DNA of 64,000 bases from Candidatus Saccharimonadota bacterium (lineage in GTDB: Bacteria > Patescibacteriota > Saccharimonadia > Saccharimonadales > UBA10212): assembly GCA_022841445.1 (NCBI GenBank), contig JALHRM010000004.1:11429-75428 (forward strand), given 5' to 3'. The notes under the pieces were generated by a model. It was given only the letters and a program-made list of their open reading frames with translations. It did not search any database and was not told the DNA's origin. Below are positions 9,825-18,545 of the stretch, in pieces; within the stretch, counting starts at the first letter, position 1, and the number at the start of each line of letters is the position of its first letter. The translations under genes were made by a program, and so were the position numbers.

Positions 9825-9833
9825 ATTATATCA
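9825..9833 (-). promoter_or_regulatory. extended -10 (TGATATAAT) 7 nt upstream of the HExxH-protein ATG
   Basis: The minus strand reads TGATATAAT-tgtcctt-ATG(9817). The hexamer is a perfect consensus. Confidence 0.5.
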
Positions 9834-9834
9834 T

Positions 9835-12306
9835 TTACTCTATTGCTTTTTGGTAGGTCAAAGCGCCTTTTTTGACGTCAACAAGAACGACATCGCCTGT
9901 TTGATAATCGTCATTAATCATCCTACCGGCTATAGTGTCCTCGATTGTGTCTTGCAGCAGTCTCCTCATTGGTCTGGCACCGTTCTTAACATCATAGCCA
10001 TGTTCTACAAAGTGCTTTTTTGCAGCCTTGGTAACACTTAGTCCTAGACCTATTTTATGTATTCGAGATCGAATATCCTCAAGCTGCAACTCAAGAATTT
10101 TGGCAATATCTTTACGGGTCAGCGACCGAAACACAATAATCTTATCAATTCGATTCAGAAGCTCTGGGCGCATCAGTTTTTTAAGCTCATCATGTACTTT
10201 ACTTTTGTTTTGCTCATGCAGTTGAGCCAAATCGTTTAAATCCGCCTCGCTCGTCGCACTAAACCCAAAACTAGCTTCTTTCTGTAATCGGTCTGCACCA
10301 ACATTACTCGTCATAATGACGATAGTGTTACTAAAGTCTACTCGACGACCCTTTGCGTCACTTAAGTACCCGTCTTCCAGCATTTGTAGCAGCATATTAA
10401 AGACATCCGGGTGAGCCTTTTCGATTTCGTCGAATAGCACAACGCTATAAGGCTGGCGACGTATTTTTTCGGTAAGTTGCCCGCCGTCGTCATAGCCAAC
10501 ATATCCAGCTGGTGCACCAACCAATCGGGCGGCAGTGTGTCGTTCTCCAAACTCACTCATATCTATTTTGACCAGGTTATTAACGCTGCCGAAGAATTCT
10601 TTAGCTAACACCCGTGCCAGTTCAGTTTTACCTACACCTGTTGGTCCTAGAAATATGAATGATCCAATGGGTCGGTTTTCGGCCGAGATACCGGATCGGG
10701 AACGTCGCACGGCGCGAGCGACTGTTTCAACTGCTTCGTGCTGTCCGATTACAGATAAGCCAAGGTTTTTTTCTAAATCTCGCAAATATTTAGCTTCGCT
10801 CTTAATGACCTTATTAACAGGAACACCTGTCATGCGAGACACCGTGTCTGCCACATCATCACTCCCAAGTACAAAGGGTTTTCCTACTGCACCAGCTTGT
10901 AGTTTCTTGAGTTCTTCATTAATTTGACTGGCTCGCTGTTTTTCTCGAGCGGCACGCTCGTAATCCTCGGTATCTACCGCCTCCTCGATTCGAGTACTAA
11001 CTAGCCGTAATTCTTTTTGGAGTTGTCGTACCTTTGGCGGCGTTTTAGCCTTGTCAACTCTAAGGTGGGCGGCAGTTTCATCCATAAGGTCAATAGCCTT
11101 GTCGGGCATATATCGGTCATTTATGTACCGCGCAGCAAACTGTACCGTGTCTTCAATGACTTCGTCACTGATAGTGGCGCCATGAAAATCTTCATAGTGC
11201 CGACGAAGGCCTTTTAGTATTGCGACCGTCTCACCACGATTGGTTTCAGGCACTTGGATGGGTTGGAAACGACGCTCCAAAGCAGCATCTTTTTCAATGT
11301 ATCGAGTGTATTCATCAGTTGTCGTAGCCCCAATGAGTTGAATTTTCCCGCGTGCCAGGGCCGGTTTTAAGATGTTTCCGGCATCCATACTACCTTCAGC
11401 CGCACCTGCTCCAACGATTAGATGCAGTTCATCGATAAATAAAATAGTACGACTATCATTCTCTAGTTCAGTCATAACTTTTTTAAGGCGATCTTCAAAT
11501 TCACCTCGATACTTTGTGCCGGCAATCATCCCAGCTAAATCAAGCATAATTATGCGCTTATCAAGCAAACTATCTGGCACCTCTTCGTTGACAATACGCT
11601 GAGCAAGACCTTCAACGATAGCAGTTTTACCCACCCCCGGTTCACCGATCAGCACAGGGTTGTTCTTTGTGCGCCGATTCAAAATTGTGATAACCCGACG
11701 AATTTGAATTTCCCGCCCTACAACCGGGTCAAGCTTGCCACTTTTCGCCTGATCGGTAAGGTTTGTACCAAAAAACTCTACGGCAGATTTCTTGCCAGAT
11801 TTGGTTTTTTTGTGCTGTGAGCTTGTACTATTTTCGTCAAACTGCTGCTTATTAAGAAATCGTTCTAGCTCACTCGTAACATTATCAACATTAATGTTCA
11901 TGTCGCGAAGAAGCACCGTTGCTCGAGCGTTTTTCTGACTCAGTATGCTGTAAAGGATATGTTCCGTGCCGCAAAAATCTTGATTAAAGTCCTGAGCAAT
12001 TTCCCATGCCATTTTTAGCGTCAGCTTGGCAGTTTCAGACAAGCCCTTCGCTCCAATATTTATAACAAGTGTTTTGGGGGTCAGGTTAAGTGCCAGTCGA
12101 GCACGTTCAAGCGTAATCCCCGAATCTGTGAGAATTTTTGCCCCCATTGAACCCTCTTGGGCAAGGACACCAAGAAGAAGGTGTTCAGTACCGATGTAGG
12201 CACTGCCACTCGCTCGCGCTATCTGGTCAGCCTGTTTAAGACTGTGCAGCGCGTTGTCCGTTAAGTGATGTAGAAAGTCCTGGAAATCAGGGCCTTGTGG
12301 CATCAT
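9835..12306 (-). CDS. clpC: ATP-dependent Clp protease ATP-binding subunit ClpC
   Basis: 823 aa. Two Clp_N repeats and two AAA+ modules ([16 protein letters not shown]). The linker is a short UVR-like segment ([20 protein letters not shown]), not the long ClpB M-domain. SD-like AAGGGTG sits ~10 nt upstream. Confidence 0.9.
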   Translation of the reverse strand: MMPQGPDFQDFLHHLTDNALHSLKQADQIARASGSAYIGTEHLLLGVLAQEGSMGAKILTDSGITLERARLALNLTPKTLVINIGAKGLSETAKLTLKMAWEIAQDFNQDFCGTEHILYSILSQKNARATVLLRDMNINVDNVTSELERFLNKQQFDENSTSSQHKKTKSGKKSAVEFFGTNLTDQAKSGKLDPVVGREIQIRRVITILNRRTKNNPVLIGEPGVGKTAIVEGLAQRIVNEEVPDSLLDKRIIMLDLAGMIAGTKYRGEFEDRLKKVMTELENDSRTILFIDELHLIVGAGAAEGSMDAGNILKPALARGKIQLIGATTTDEYTRYIEKDAALERRFQPIQVPETNRGETVAILKGLRRHYEDFHGATISDEVIEDTVQFAARYINDRYMPDKAIDLMDETAAHLRVDKAKTPPKVRQLQKELRLVSTRIEEAVDTEDYERAAREKQRASQINEELKKLQAGAVGKPFVLGSDDVADTVSRMTGVPVNKVIKSEAKYLRDLEKNLGLSVIGQHEAVETVARAVRRSRSGISAENRPIGSFIFLGPTGVGKTELARVLAKEFFGSVNNLVKIDMSEFGERHTAARLVGAPAGYVGYDDGGQLTEKIRRQPYSVVLFDEIEKAHPDVFNMLLQMLEDGYLSDAKGRRVDFSNTIVIMTSNVGADRLQKEASFGFSATSEADLNDLAQLHEQNKSKVHDELKKLMRPELLNRIDKIIVFRSLTRKDIAKILELQLEDIRSRIHKIGLGLSVTKAAKKHFVEHGYDVKNGARPMRRLLQDTIEDTIAGRMINDDYQTGDVVLVDVKKGALTYQKAIE

Positions 12307-12371
12307 AGTTCTTCACACCCTTTCTGAGCTTCAAATATTTTAGAAGTTCTACTGCCATGATACACAAACTA

Positions 12372-12392
12372 GCACTCTAACGTCAAGAGTGC
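12372..12392 (-). terminator. stem-loop just downstream of the nusA stop (weak intrinsic terminator candidate)
   Basis: Perfect 7-bp inverted repeat GCACTCT/AGAGTGC with a 7-nt loop, extendable by a G-U pair. The trailing sequence on the minus strand (TAGTTTGTGT) is only moderately U-rich. Confidence 0.35.
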
Positions 12393-12402
12393 CAAACACG
12401 AT

Positions 12403-13593
12403 CTATTTTTGTTCTTCGCCGTGCTGTTCGATAGCGTCAAGCAAGCTGTTTTCAAGATCGGTTTTCTTCTTAAGCTTTGGTGCGGCTGGCTTCGGCGCAG
12501 GTGCTTCTTGTACTTTTGGCTGTTCGGCGGTTTTGGGTTCTGGTTTTGGCGCAGAATCGGCAGATTCAACATCTAGTTCATATCCGGTAAGTTTACTAGC
12601 AAGACGGACATTCTGACCACCTTTGCCTATGGCTATACTCAGTTGGTCATCGGCAACAATTACTTGTGCTTTTTGTGCTGCTTGATCGATTACTACTCGC
12701 GTAACATTGGCTGGTTTCATGGCGCTAGAAATAAAGGTACTTACATCTGCATCCCATACAATGATGTCGATCATTTCCTGGCTGCCAATTTCATCTCGGA
12801 CAGCATTGATGCGCGTCCCATGACCACCAACGAATGTTCCGACAGGATCAACTCCTTGTACATTGCTGGCCACAGCGATTTTTGAACGGATACCAGCTTC
12901 ACGGGCAATCAGTTTTATTTCTACTGCGCCGTTTTCCATTTCAGGCACTTCGTTGCGAAATAAATGTTCTACAAATTCCTTTGTACCACGACTAACGATA
13001 AGCTGTGGGCCACGAAAACCTTTTTCGACTTCCTTGAGGTAAAACTTCAAACGTTGACCAGTATAATATCGCTCACCCTGAATTTGCTCACTGGCAGGCA
13101 TTATCCCTTGTGCACGACCAAGCTCGACCCGCACCATCCGGCCCTCTACTCGATTAACGACACCGTTGACTATACTACCGATTTTATCTTCGTATTCATT
13201 GAGTACGATTTCTCGCTCTGCTTCGCGTAGACGCTGCAAAATTACCTGCTTGGCAGTTTGGGCTGCAACACGTCCAAAGTCTTCGACAGGACTCTGAATT
13301 TCTACCATATCGCCGACGGCCGCGTTTTTTTGGATCACCTGCGCGGCAGCTAGATTCATCTGATACTTATCATCTTCTACTTCGTCAACAACTTCCTTCG
13401 AAACATAGGCAATCACCTCGCCGTTGTTGAGATTCATTGTGACACGTACTTCTTGTTCCCTTTCACCATAGTCACGACGATAAGCGGCAGCAAGCGCCTG
13501 CTCGACAATTTCTTGGACTTGGTCTTCTGGTAAATTTTTTTCTTCGGCTATTGTCTTTATAGCTGTGGCAAGTTGTTTAAAGTCTAGGTTCAT
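12403..13593 (-). CDS. nusA: transcription termination/antitermination factor NusA
   Basis: N-terminal RNAP-binding domain, S1 domain and two KH domains (IAIGKGGQNVRLASKLTG), followed by a Pro/Ala/Lys-rich C-terminal tail. GGAGA SD at 13601-13605. Confidence 0.95.
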   Translation of the reverse strand: MNLDFKQLATAIKTIAEEKNLPEDQVQEIVEQALAAAYRRDYGEREQEVRVTMNLNNGEVIAYVSKEVVDEVEDDKYQMNLAAAQVIQKNAAVGDMVEIQSPVEDFGRVAAQTAKQVILQRLREAEREIVLNEYEDKIGSIVNGVVNRVEGRMVRVELGRAQGIMPASEQIQGERYYTGQRLKFYLKEVEKGFRGPQLIVSRGTKEFVEHLFRNEVPEMENGAVEIKLIAREAGIRSKIAVASNVQGVDPVGTFVGGHGTRINAVRDEIGSQEMIDIIVWDADVSTFISSAMKPANVTRVVIDQAAQKAQVIVADDQLSIAIGKGGQNVRLASKLTGYELDVESADSAPKPEPKTAEQPKVQEAPAPKPAAPKLKKKTDLENSLLDAIEQHGEEQK

Positions 13594-13630
13594 TTATTTA
13601 TCTCCAAAATGTATGAATAGTTATGATATG

Positions 13631-13655
13631 AAAAAATCCGACCAATCGGGCCGGA
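13631..13655 (-). terminator. intrinsic terminator hairpin inside the nusA 5' leader (candidate attenuator)
   Basis: Minus-strand RNA UCCGGCC-CGAUU-GGUCGGA-UUUUUU has 7 bp (5 GC, 1 AU, 1 GU) plus a U6 tract. The tract ends 37 nt upstream of the nusA ATG and upstream of its GGAGA SD. Confidence 0.5.
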
Positions 13656-13701
13656 CTCGTACACTCATTATTTTAACAGAACACCCTTTGCAAAGGAAAC
13701 T

Positions 13702-13710
13702 AATATACCA
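13702..13710 (-). promoter_or_regulatory. extended -10 (TGGTATATT) candidate promoter for the nusA leader
   Basis: The minus strand reads TGGTATATT. This would place the TSS near 13695, at the palindrome CCTTTGCAAAGG (13685-13696). Confidence 0.35.
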
Positions 13711-13728
13711 GCAACTATGGATTAATTA

Positions 13729-13737
13729 TGTCATAAT
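13729..13737 (+). promoter_or_regulatory. extended -10 (TGTCATAAT) 7 nt upstream of plsC ATG
   Basis: TGTCATAAT-agccgcc-ATG(13745) with no SD. Confidence 0.5.
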
Positions 13738-13744
13738 AGCCGCC

Positions 13745-14443
13745 ATGCATGTACGTGAAGCTGAATTTTCAGAGGTTCCGAATCCAAGACTGTATGCTCA
13801 AGTATTTGATTTGAGTCTTCGAGCAACAAGATGTTTACTTGCCTATCAAGTGGAAGGAAGTGAACATATACCGCAACATGGTGGTGCGCTTGTAGTCTCT
13901 AACCACTTGAAGCTGCGTGATCCTATTTTTACAGGGCTTGCGACCGGATTAACGAGCCGGCGAGCAGCTTACATAATGGCGAAGAAAGAACTATTCGTGC
14001 CGTTACTAGGCATTGATAAGCATTTGCGGGGCGTTGGCGCGTTTCCCGTCGATCGCAACGATCCGGGTACGGAGTCGATACGAGAAGCGTGTGCTTATAT
14101 TGAAGATGGCGCGCTGGTTTTTATGTACCCCCAGGGCACGCGCTCTTCTAAAAATGATGTAGTTAGTATACATGAAGGAGCAGCCAGCATACTTACGAGA
14201 ACGGAAGCGCCCTTATCAGTAATGGGCATCGCATACGGCGGCTTACTTCGAGCAGCGACATCTGTAGCGCCAACTGCCAGCTACGGCGAACTACGCGACC
14301 AAGCAACACAAGGATTACACCGTCCAAGCAAAAAAGATGTGCGACAGGCGCTTACTGCACTCATCGCTTCAAAAATACAGCAGCAGCAACTTAGGGCGCA
14401 CTTGAGGCTAGCTGGTAATCGTAATCCTGTGCCAGTCTGTTAG
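13745..14443 (+). CDS. plsC: 1-acyl-sn-glycerol-3-phosphate acyltransferase family protein
   Basis: Acyltransferase HxxxxD motif (SNHLKLRD), FPVDR and YPQGTRS blocks. The ORF-track start (GTG 13565) overlaps nusA and adds 60 implausible residues. ATG 13745 sits 7 nt after TGTCATAAT. Confidence 0.8.
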   Translation: MHVREAEFSEVPNPRLYAQVFDLSLRATRCLLAYQVEGSEHIPQHGGALVVSNHLKLRDPIFTGLATGLTSRRAAYIMAKKELFVPLLGIDKHLRGVGAFPVDRNDPGTESIREACAYIEDGALVFMYPQGTRSSKNDVVSIHEGAASILTRTEAPLSVMGIAYGGLLRAATSVAPTASYGELRDQATQGLHRPSKKDVRQALTALIASKIQQQQLRAHLRLAGNRNPVPVC

Positions 14444-14446
14444 AAT
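14438..14446 (+). promoter_or_regulatory. extended -10-like TGTTAGAAT 7 nt upstream of pepN ATG (overlaps the plsC stop)
   Basis: TGTTAGAAT-caaggct-ATG(14454). Alternatively, pepN is simply co-transcribed with plsC. Confidence 0.3.
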
Positions 14447-14453
14447 CAAGGCT

Positions 14454-17036
14454 ATGGCAAAAACAGTTACTCGACTATACAAAGGCTTTCAACCAGAAAC
14501 ATACCAACTAGAGTTAGATATTGATCCACTTACGATGAAGTTCACCGGGTCAGTTATCATCGAAGGAAAGAAATCCGGACAGCCCAGCAACCGGCTGACA
14601 TTTCATCAAAACGCGCTAAAAATTATTTCTGCCGATATTGTTTACCTCAGTAAAAAAGGTCAGCAGATAAAGTTAGTTGATCGAATCAATCACCACCAGA
14701 AATTCCACGAAGTTAGGCTACACAGCAGTGAAAAATTGTTTGCTGGAACGTACCGAATATCCCTTCAGTTTGAAGGCAAAATTACAGAATCAATGACCGG
14801 ACTTTACCCTGGATACTACAAACAGGGGGTCGAAAAGCAGATGGTACTATCAACACAGTTCGAAAGCCACCATGCCCGAGAGGTATTCCCTTGTATTGAT
14901 GAACCAGAAGCCAAAGCAACCTTTAGCCTAACACTCCGATCTCCAGAAAATGTCACTGCACTCAGCAACACCCGGCCAAAATCTTCCAAAATTTCTGGTT
15001 CACATAGAGTAACTACGTTTGAAACTACTCCAAAAATGAGTACGTACTTATTGGCGTTTGTTGTTGGCGACTTGGTAAAATACGAATCAAAAACTAAAAC
15101 TGGTGTTGATGTAACGTTGTATGCATGCTCTGGTCAAAATCCTGATCACTTAGCTTTTGCTGCAGACATAACAGTCAAAGCTCTTGAATTTTTTGAAGAC
15201 TATTTTGGTGTTGCGTATCCCATGACCAAGTCAGATCAAGTGGCCTTACCTGAGTTTGAGTCAGCTGCCATGGAAAATTGGGGATTGATTACATACCGGG
15301 AATCATGTCTGCTGGTCGACCCGAAAAGCAGCAGTATAGAAACAAAGCAAACAGTAGCTGAAGTAATTTGCCATGAACTCAGCCACCAGTGGTTCGGAAA
15401 TCTCGTCACCATGAAGTGGTGGGACGATCTATGGCTTAACGAAAGTTTTGCCAATATGATGGCTTTTATTGCTGTTGATGAACTGTTCTCGGAATGGAAC
15501 ATATGGGAACAGTACGTTGCAACCGACACTAATGCGGCGATGCGGCGCGATGCGTTAGCCAATGTGCAGTCCGTACGAGTAAACGTTAACCATCCTGACG
15601 AAATCGGCACTTTGTTTGACCCGTCTATCGTTTACGCCAAAGGCGGCTCACTGCTTCGTATGCTATGGTCGCTACTTGATAAATCTGAATTTAGAGCCGG
15701 CTTAAAAAATTATTTTGAAAAGCATGCTTTCGCCAACACAACTGCAAGCGACCTCTGGAAAGAATTTGATGCAGCATCAGGGAGTGATATCGGATTGATG
15801 ATGAAGCACTGGATTAGCGATCCAGGTTATCCGATCATCAGCATAGAGCATCAACCAGGCGCAGACCACGCTATTGTTGCTCAGGAAAGATTTGTTATCG
15901 GCCCAAATAATGACAAAACCTCGCCTACTTGGCATGTGCCACTGGCGACTACATTACCGGTAACTCCAAATATACTGACTTCAAAACATGCACGAATTAG
16001 CATAGATACTAACGGTAGCGATCCATTATTGTTCAACCATCAATCAGTTAGCTATTTTCTTCCGCACTACACAAACAAAGACCATTTTGCGCATATAACA
16101 AAGGCTGTACAAACAGGTCAGCTCAGCACTATTGACCGTTTGCAGCTACTAACTAACTACACACTTTTACAACGAGCAGGAGTCGTTAAGACGACTACCG
16201 TTTTACAACTGCTGGAATCATATTCAGTCGAAACCGAAGAGCCGGTATGGAGCAATATTGCTGCGGTATTGGCTGAGGCGAGACGGCTAGTTGCCGGCGA
16301 CGTAGCCTCAGAACAAAAACTTAATGCCCACATAAGGAACATTACAAAAAATGCTGTCCAAAGCATTGATTGGGATGGAAAATCAAGCGATACGCCAAAA
16401 ACGCAAAGACTACGCAATTTACTACTACATATGGCTGCAGCTGCTGAGATGCCGGAAGTTATTGCCGAAGGCAAAAAGCGGTTCAAACTATTTAAGCGAC
16501 CAGCGGATCTGTCATCTGAAGTACGTGACGTAGTTTATTTTGTCGGCGCAAGGTACGGCAATGATGCAGACTTTAAAAAATTACTCGACTTATATCGAGC
16601 TACCGAGAACGCTGAAGACAAAGATGATCTTGCAGCATCACTACTTACTACCCGCAACCCAAAACACATAGCAACGCTGCTCGCGATGATAAAAACAGAG
16701 GTTCGACTTCAAGACATAATTCGTTGGTATGCTCGATTGATGGGAAACTATGATGCCCGAGCAGCGACATGGCAATGGTTAAAAGATGAATGGAGTTGGG
16801 TGCATAAAACGCTTGATGCCAACAAAACATTTGACTATGTACCACGTTATGCTGCTCAAGTATTTTCACATCAATACGAGCTAGATGATTATCGAAAGTT
16901 TTTCGAACCGAAAAAAAGTCTCGTAATACTTTCCCGGGCTATCACCATCGGAGATGAAGATATTGCCGGCAAAGTTGCTTGGCGAAAAGCCAATGAGTCG
17001 TCTATCAAAAAGTGGCTGAGCGCACTACCTGACTAG
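14454..17036 (+). CDS. pepN: M1-family aminopeptidase N
   Basis: 860 aa. Exopeptidase motif AAMENWG (GAMEN type), zinc motif HELSHQWFGN with the downstream WLNESFA glutamate, and an ERAP1-like helical C-terminal domain. Confidence 0.9.
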   Translation: MAKTVTRLYKGFQPETYQLELDIDPLTMKFTGSVIIEGKKSGQPSNRLTFHQNALKIISADIVYLSKKGQQIKLVDRINHHQKFHEVRLHSSEKLFAGTYRISLQFEGKITESMTGLYPGYYKQGVEKQMVLSTQFESHHAREVFPCIDEPEAKATFSLTLRSPENVTALSNTRPKSSKISGSHRVTTFETTPKMSTYLLAFVVGDLVKYESKTKTGVDVTLYACSGQNPDHLAFAADITVKALEFFEDYFGVAYPMTKSDQVALPEFESAAMENWGLITYRESCLLVDPKSSSIETKQTVAEVICHELSHQWFGNLVTMKWWDDLWLNESFANMMAFIAVDELFSEWNIWEQYVATDTNAAMRRDALANVQSVRVNVNHPDEIGTLFDPSIVYAKGGSLLRMLWSLLDKSEFRAGLKNYFEKHAFANTTASDLWKEFDAASGSDIGLMMKHWISDPGYPIISIEHQPGADHAIVAQERFVIGPNNDKTSPTWHVPLATTLPVTPNILTSKHARISIDTNGSDPLLFNHQSVSYFLPHYTNKDHFAHITKAVQTGQLSTIDRLQLLTNYTLLQRAGVVKTTTVLQLLESYSVETEEPVWSNIAAVLAEARRLVAGDVASEQKLNAHIRNITKNAVQSIDWDGKSSDTPKTQRLRNLLLHMAAAAEMPEVIAEGKKRFKLFKRPADLSSEVRDVVYFVGARYGNDADFKKLLDLYRATENAEDKDDLAASLLTTRNPKHIATLLAMIKTEVRLQDIIRWYARLMGNYDARAATWQWLKDEWSWVHKTLDANKTFDYVPRYAAQVFSHQYELDDYRKFFEPKKSLVILSRAITIGDEDIAGKVAWRKANESSIKKWLSALPD

Positions 17037-17368
17037 ATTTCAACGAAAGATATCTGCTGGAAGACATCTCCGGAAACTTCAGCAGCAGCAAGCTGCATTT
17101 GTCCCTGCCAATTATTATAGCTAGCCCATATTTGTGCCGCGTACTGCATCCGTGACAACTTAGTACTCGTTATGTAGGAAAAGCCAGTGCCCTGCTTAGT
17201 GTTGCGTCGATATTTAACTTCGACGAAATACATCGTGCCGTTTTTATTGGCTACAATATCTATTTCGCAGCGTGATGTTTTCCAGTTCTTGGCAATAATT
17301 TTATACTGTTTATTGGCTAGATAACTGACTACAGCCTGTTCAGCCTGCTGCCCTATGAGTAATGTCAT
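17033..17368 (-). CDS. YraN-family (UPF0102) putative endonuclease
   Basis: 111 aa. Restriction-endonuclease-like core CEIDIVA...MYFVEVKYR. It sits directly downstream of rnhB, a pairing I recall as common. Confidence 0.8.
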   Translation of the reverse strand: MTLLIGQQAEQAVVSYLANKQYKIIAKNWKTSRCEIDIVANKNGTMYFVEVKYRRNTKQGTGFSYITSTKLSRMQYAAQIWASYNNWQGQMQLAAAEVSGDVFQQISFVEI

Positions 17369-17372
17369 ACAA

Positions 17373-17930
17373 CTAGACTAATTCACGTATCGGCTTAAAA
17401 CAAAAGCGGTGTACTGCCGCCAATGGGCCGTGCTTTCGCAGTGCGTTACTATGTAGTCTAGTACCGTATCCGACGTGGCGCTCAAAGCCATATTCCGGAT
17501 ACGTTGTAGATAACTGTTCCATGTAGGCATCACGCGCTACCTTTGCCCAAATACTAGCAGCCGAAACAATTGGCACTGAACTATCGGCTTTAACACGAGT
17601 TTCCACAAATTCATACTCGATAGGAATATAGTTAAACTTACCATCGAGTATGATATGTTCGCTGCGAGAGACGCTGATAGACGCAAGTGCACGCGAAGCA
17701 CCTATCGTTAAGCTGGTCGATAAACCAAATTGATCAATTTCAGCGGGCTCCACCCAACCCTCACCAAACTCACAAGTACCTAAAAGCTCCCTACTAAAAT
17801 GTTGTCTCTGTAGATTGCTGAGTGCTTTGGAGTCTGTAATTCCTGCCGGCAGATTATGAACCGATCGTGCCGCAACGACGAGCAAAGGACCTGCCCATGC
17901 TCCACGGCCAACTTCATCAATGCCAATCAT
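17373..17930 (-). CDS. rnhB: ribonuclease HII
   Basis: 185 aa. N-terminal IGIDEVGRGAWAGPL catalytic block plus DSK and downstream acidic residues typical of RNase HII. Confidence 0.93.
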   Translation of the reverse strand: MIGIDEVGRGAWAGPLLVVAARSVHNLPAGITDSKALSNLQRQHFSRELLGTCEFGEGWVEPAEIDQFGLSTSLTIGASRALASISVSRSEHIILDGKFNYIPIEYEFVETRVKADSSVPIVSAASIWAKVARDAYMEQLSTTYPEYGFERHVGYGTRLHSNALRKHGPLAAVHRFCFKPIRELV

Positions 17931-17936
17931 GTCACA

Positions 17937-17942
17937 ATAATA
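17937..17942 (-). promoter_or_regulatory. -10-like TATTAT 6 nt upstream of rnhB ATG
   Basis: The minus strand reads TATTAT-tgtgac-ATG(17930). Confidence 0.35.
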
Positions 17943-17972
17943 AATTCACACCCTGAAAAAAATCAAAAGTAC

Positions 17973-18482
17973 TTAGGACTGTTTGGTTTCGTCTTTTGTC
18001 GACTGAGTTTTTTCCACTTTATCGACGACTGGATCTGGGGCGTTCTGGACAGCCTGAACTTCTGAATCCTGAACGGAGTCGGTCGTTTCATCAACAGGAG
18101 TATCTTCTGGAATATCATTGACAGCCTGCTTATCAAAGTCGACACCAAGTAATCGAGCTCGCTTACCAGTACGCTCGCGCATGTAGGTCAGGTAATTCCG
18201 ACGTACTTTACTGCGCTTTGTTACTTCAATCTTAACTACGTTTGGAGAGTGTAATAAATACGATTTTTCAACACCAATGCCACTTGCAATTCGACGCACT
18301 GTGATGCTACTGGTGATACTGCTCTTTCGGTCAACACGAATGACTAGGCCTTCAAATATCTGGATACGCTCTTTGCCACCTTCGACGATTTTCTGGTGGA
18401 CACGAACAGTGTCTCCTGAACGGACATCAACAACAGCAGATTTCTTGTAGCTGTTTTCTAATTTTTTGAGAATACTTTGCAT
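17973..18482 (-). CDS. rplS: 50S ribosomal protein L19 with acidic C-terminal extension
   Basis: The L19 core (VRSGDTVRVHQKIVEGGKERIQIFEGLVI...RRNYLTYMRERTGK) is followed by a ~50-aa D/E/T/Q-rich tail. Confidence 0.95.
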   Translation of the reverse strand: MQSILKKLENSYKKSAVVDVRSGDTVRVHQKIVEGGKERIQIFEGLVIRVDRKSSITSSITVRRIASGIGVEKSYLLHSPNVVKIEVTKRSKVRRNYLTYMRERTGKRARLLGVDFDKQAVNDIPEDTPVDETTDSVQDSEVQAVQNAPDPVVDKVEKTQSTKDETKQS

Positions 18483-18493
18483 AAGACCAAGTT

Positions 18494-18499
18494 ATTATA
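18494..18499 (-). promoter_or_regulatory. consensus -10 TATAAT 11 nt upstream of rplS ATG
   Basis: The minus strand reads TATAAT-aacttggtctt-ATG(18482) with no SD. Confidence 0.45.
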
Positions 18500-18545
18500 A
18501 CGGAGAGGGGTCAGATTAGCAACACCTGTCATTAAGGTAGTCACA

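Noticed and set aside
10535-10927. Long antisense ORFs inside large genes. Examples: 130 aa antisense to clpC, 149 aa at 47549-47998 antisense to FKBP, 136 aa at 26365-26775, 124 aa at 15236-15610, 120 aa at 48873-49235 and at 52984-53346.
   Set aside because: Each lies fully inside a well-supported gene on the other strand and is low-complexity (S/R/P/L-rich), as expected from reverse-frame read-through. None has start signals. They are not genes.
13621-13668. 15-codon ORF (MSVRVRPDWSDFFIS) spanning the nusA leader terminator, as a leader peptide
   Set aside because: It has no SD or leaderless-type -10 spacing and no run of regulatory codons. It is likely coincidental, so I mention it only within the attenuator finding.
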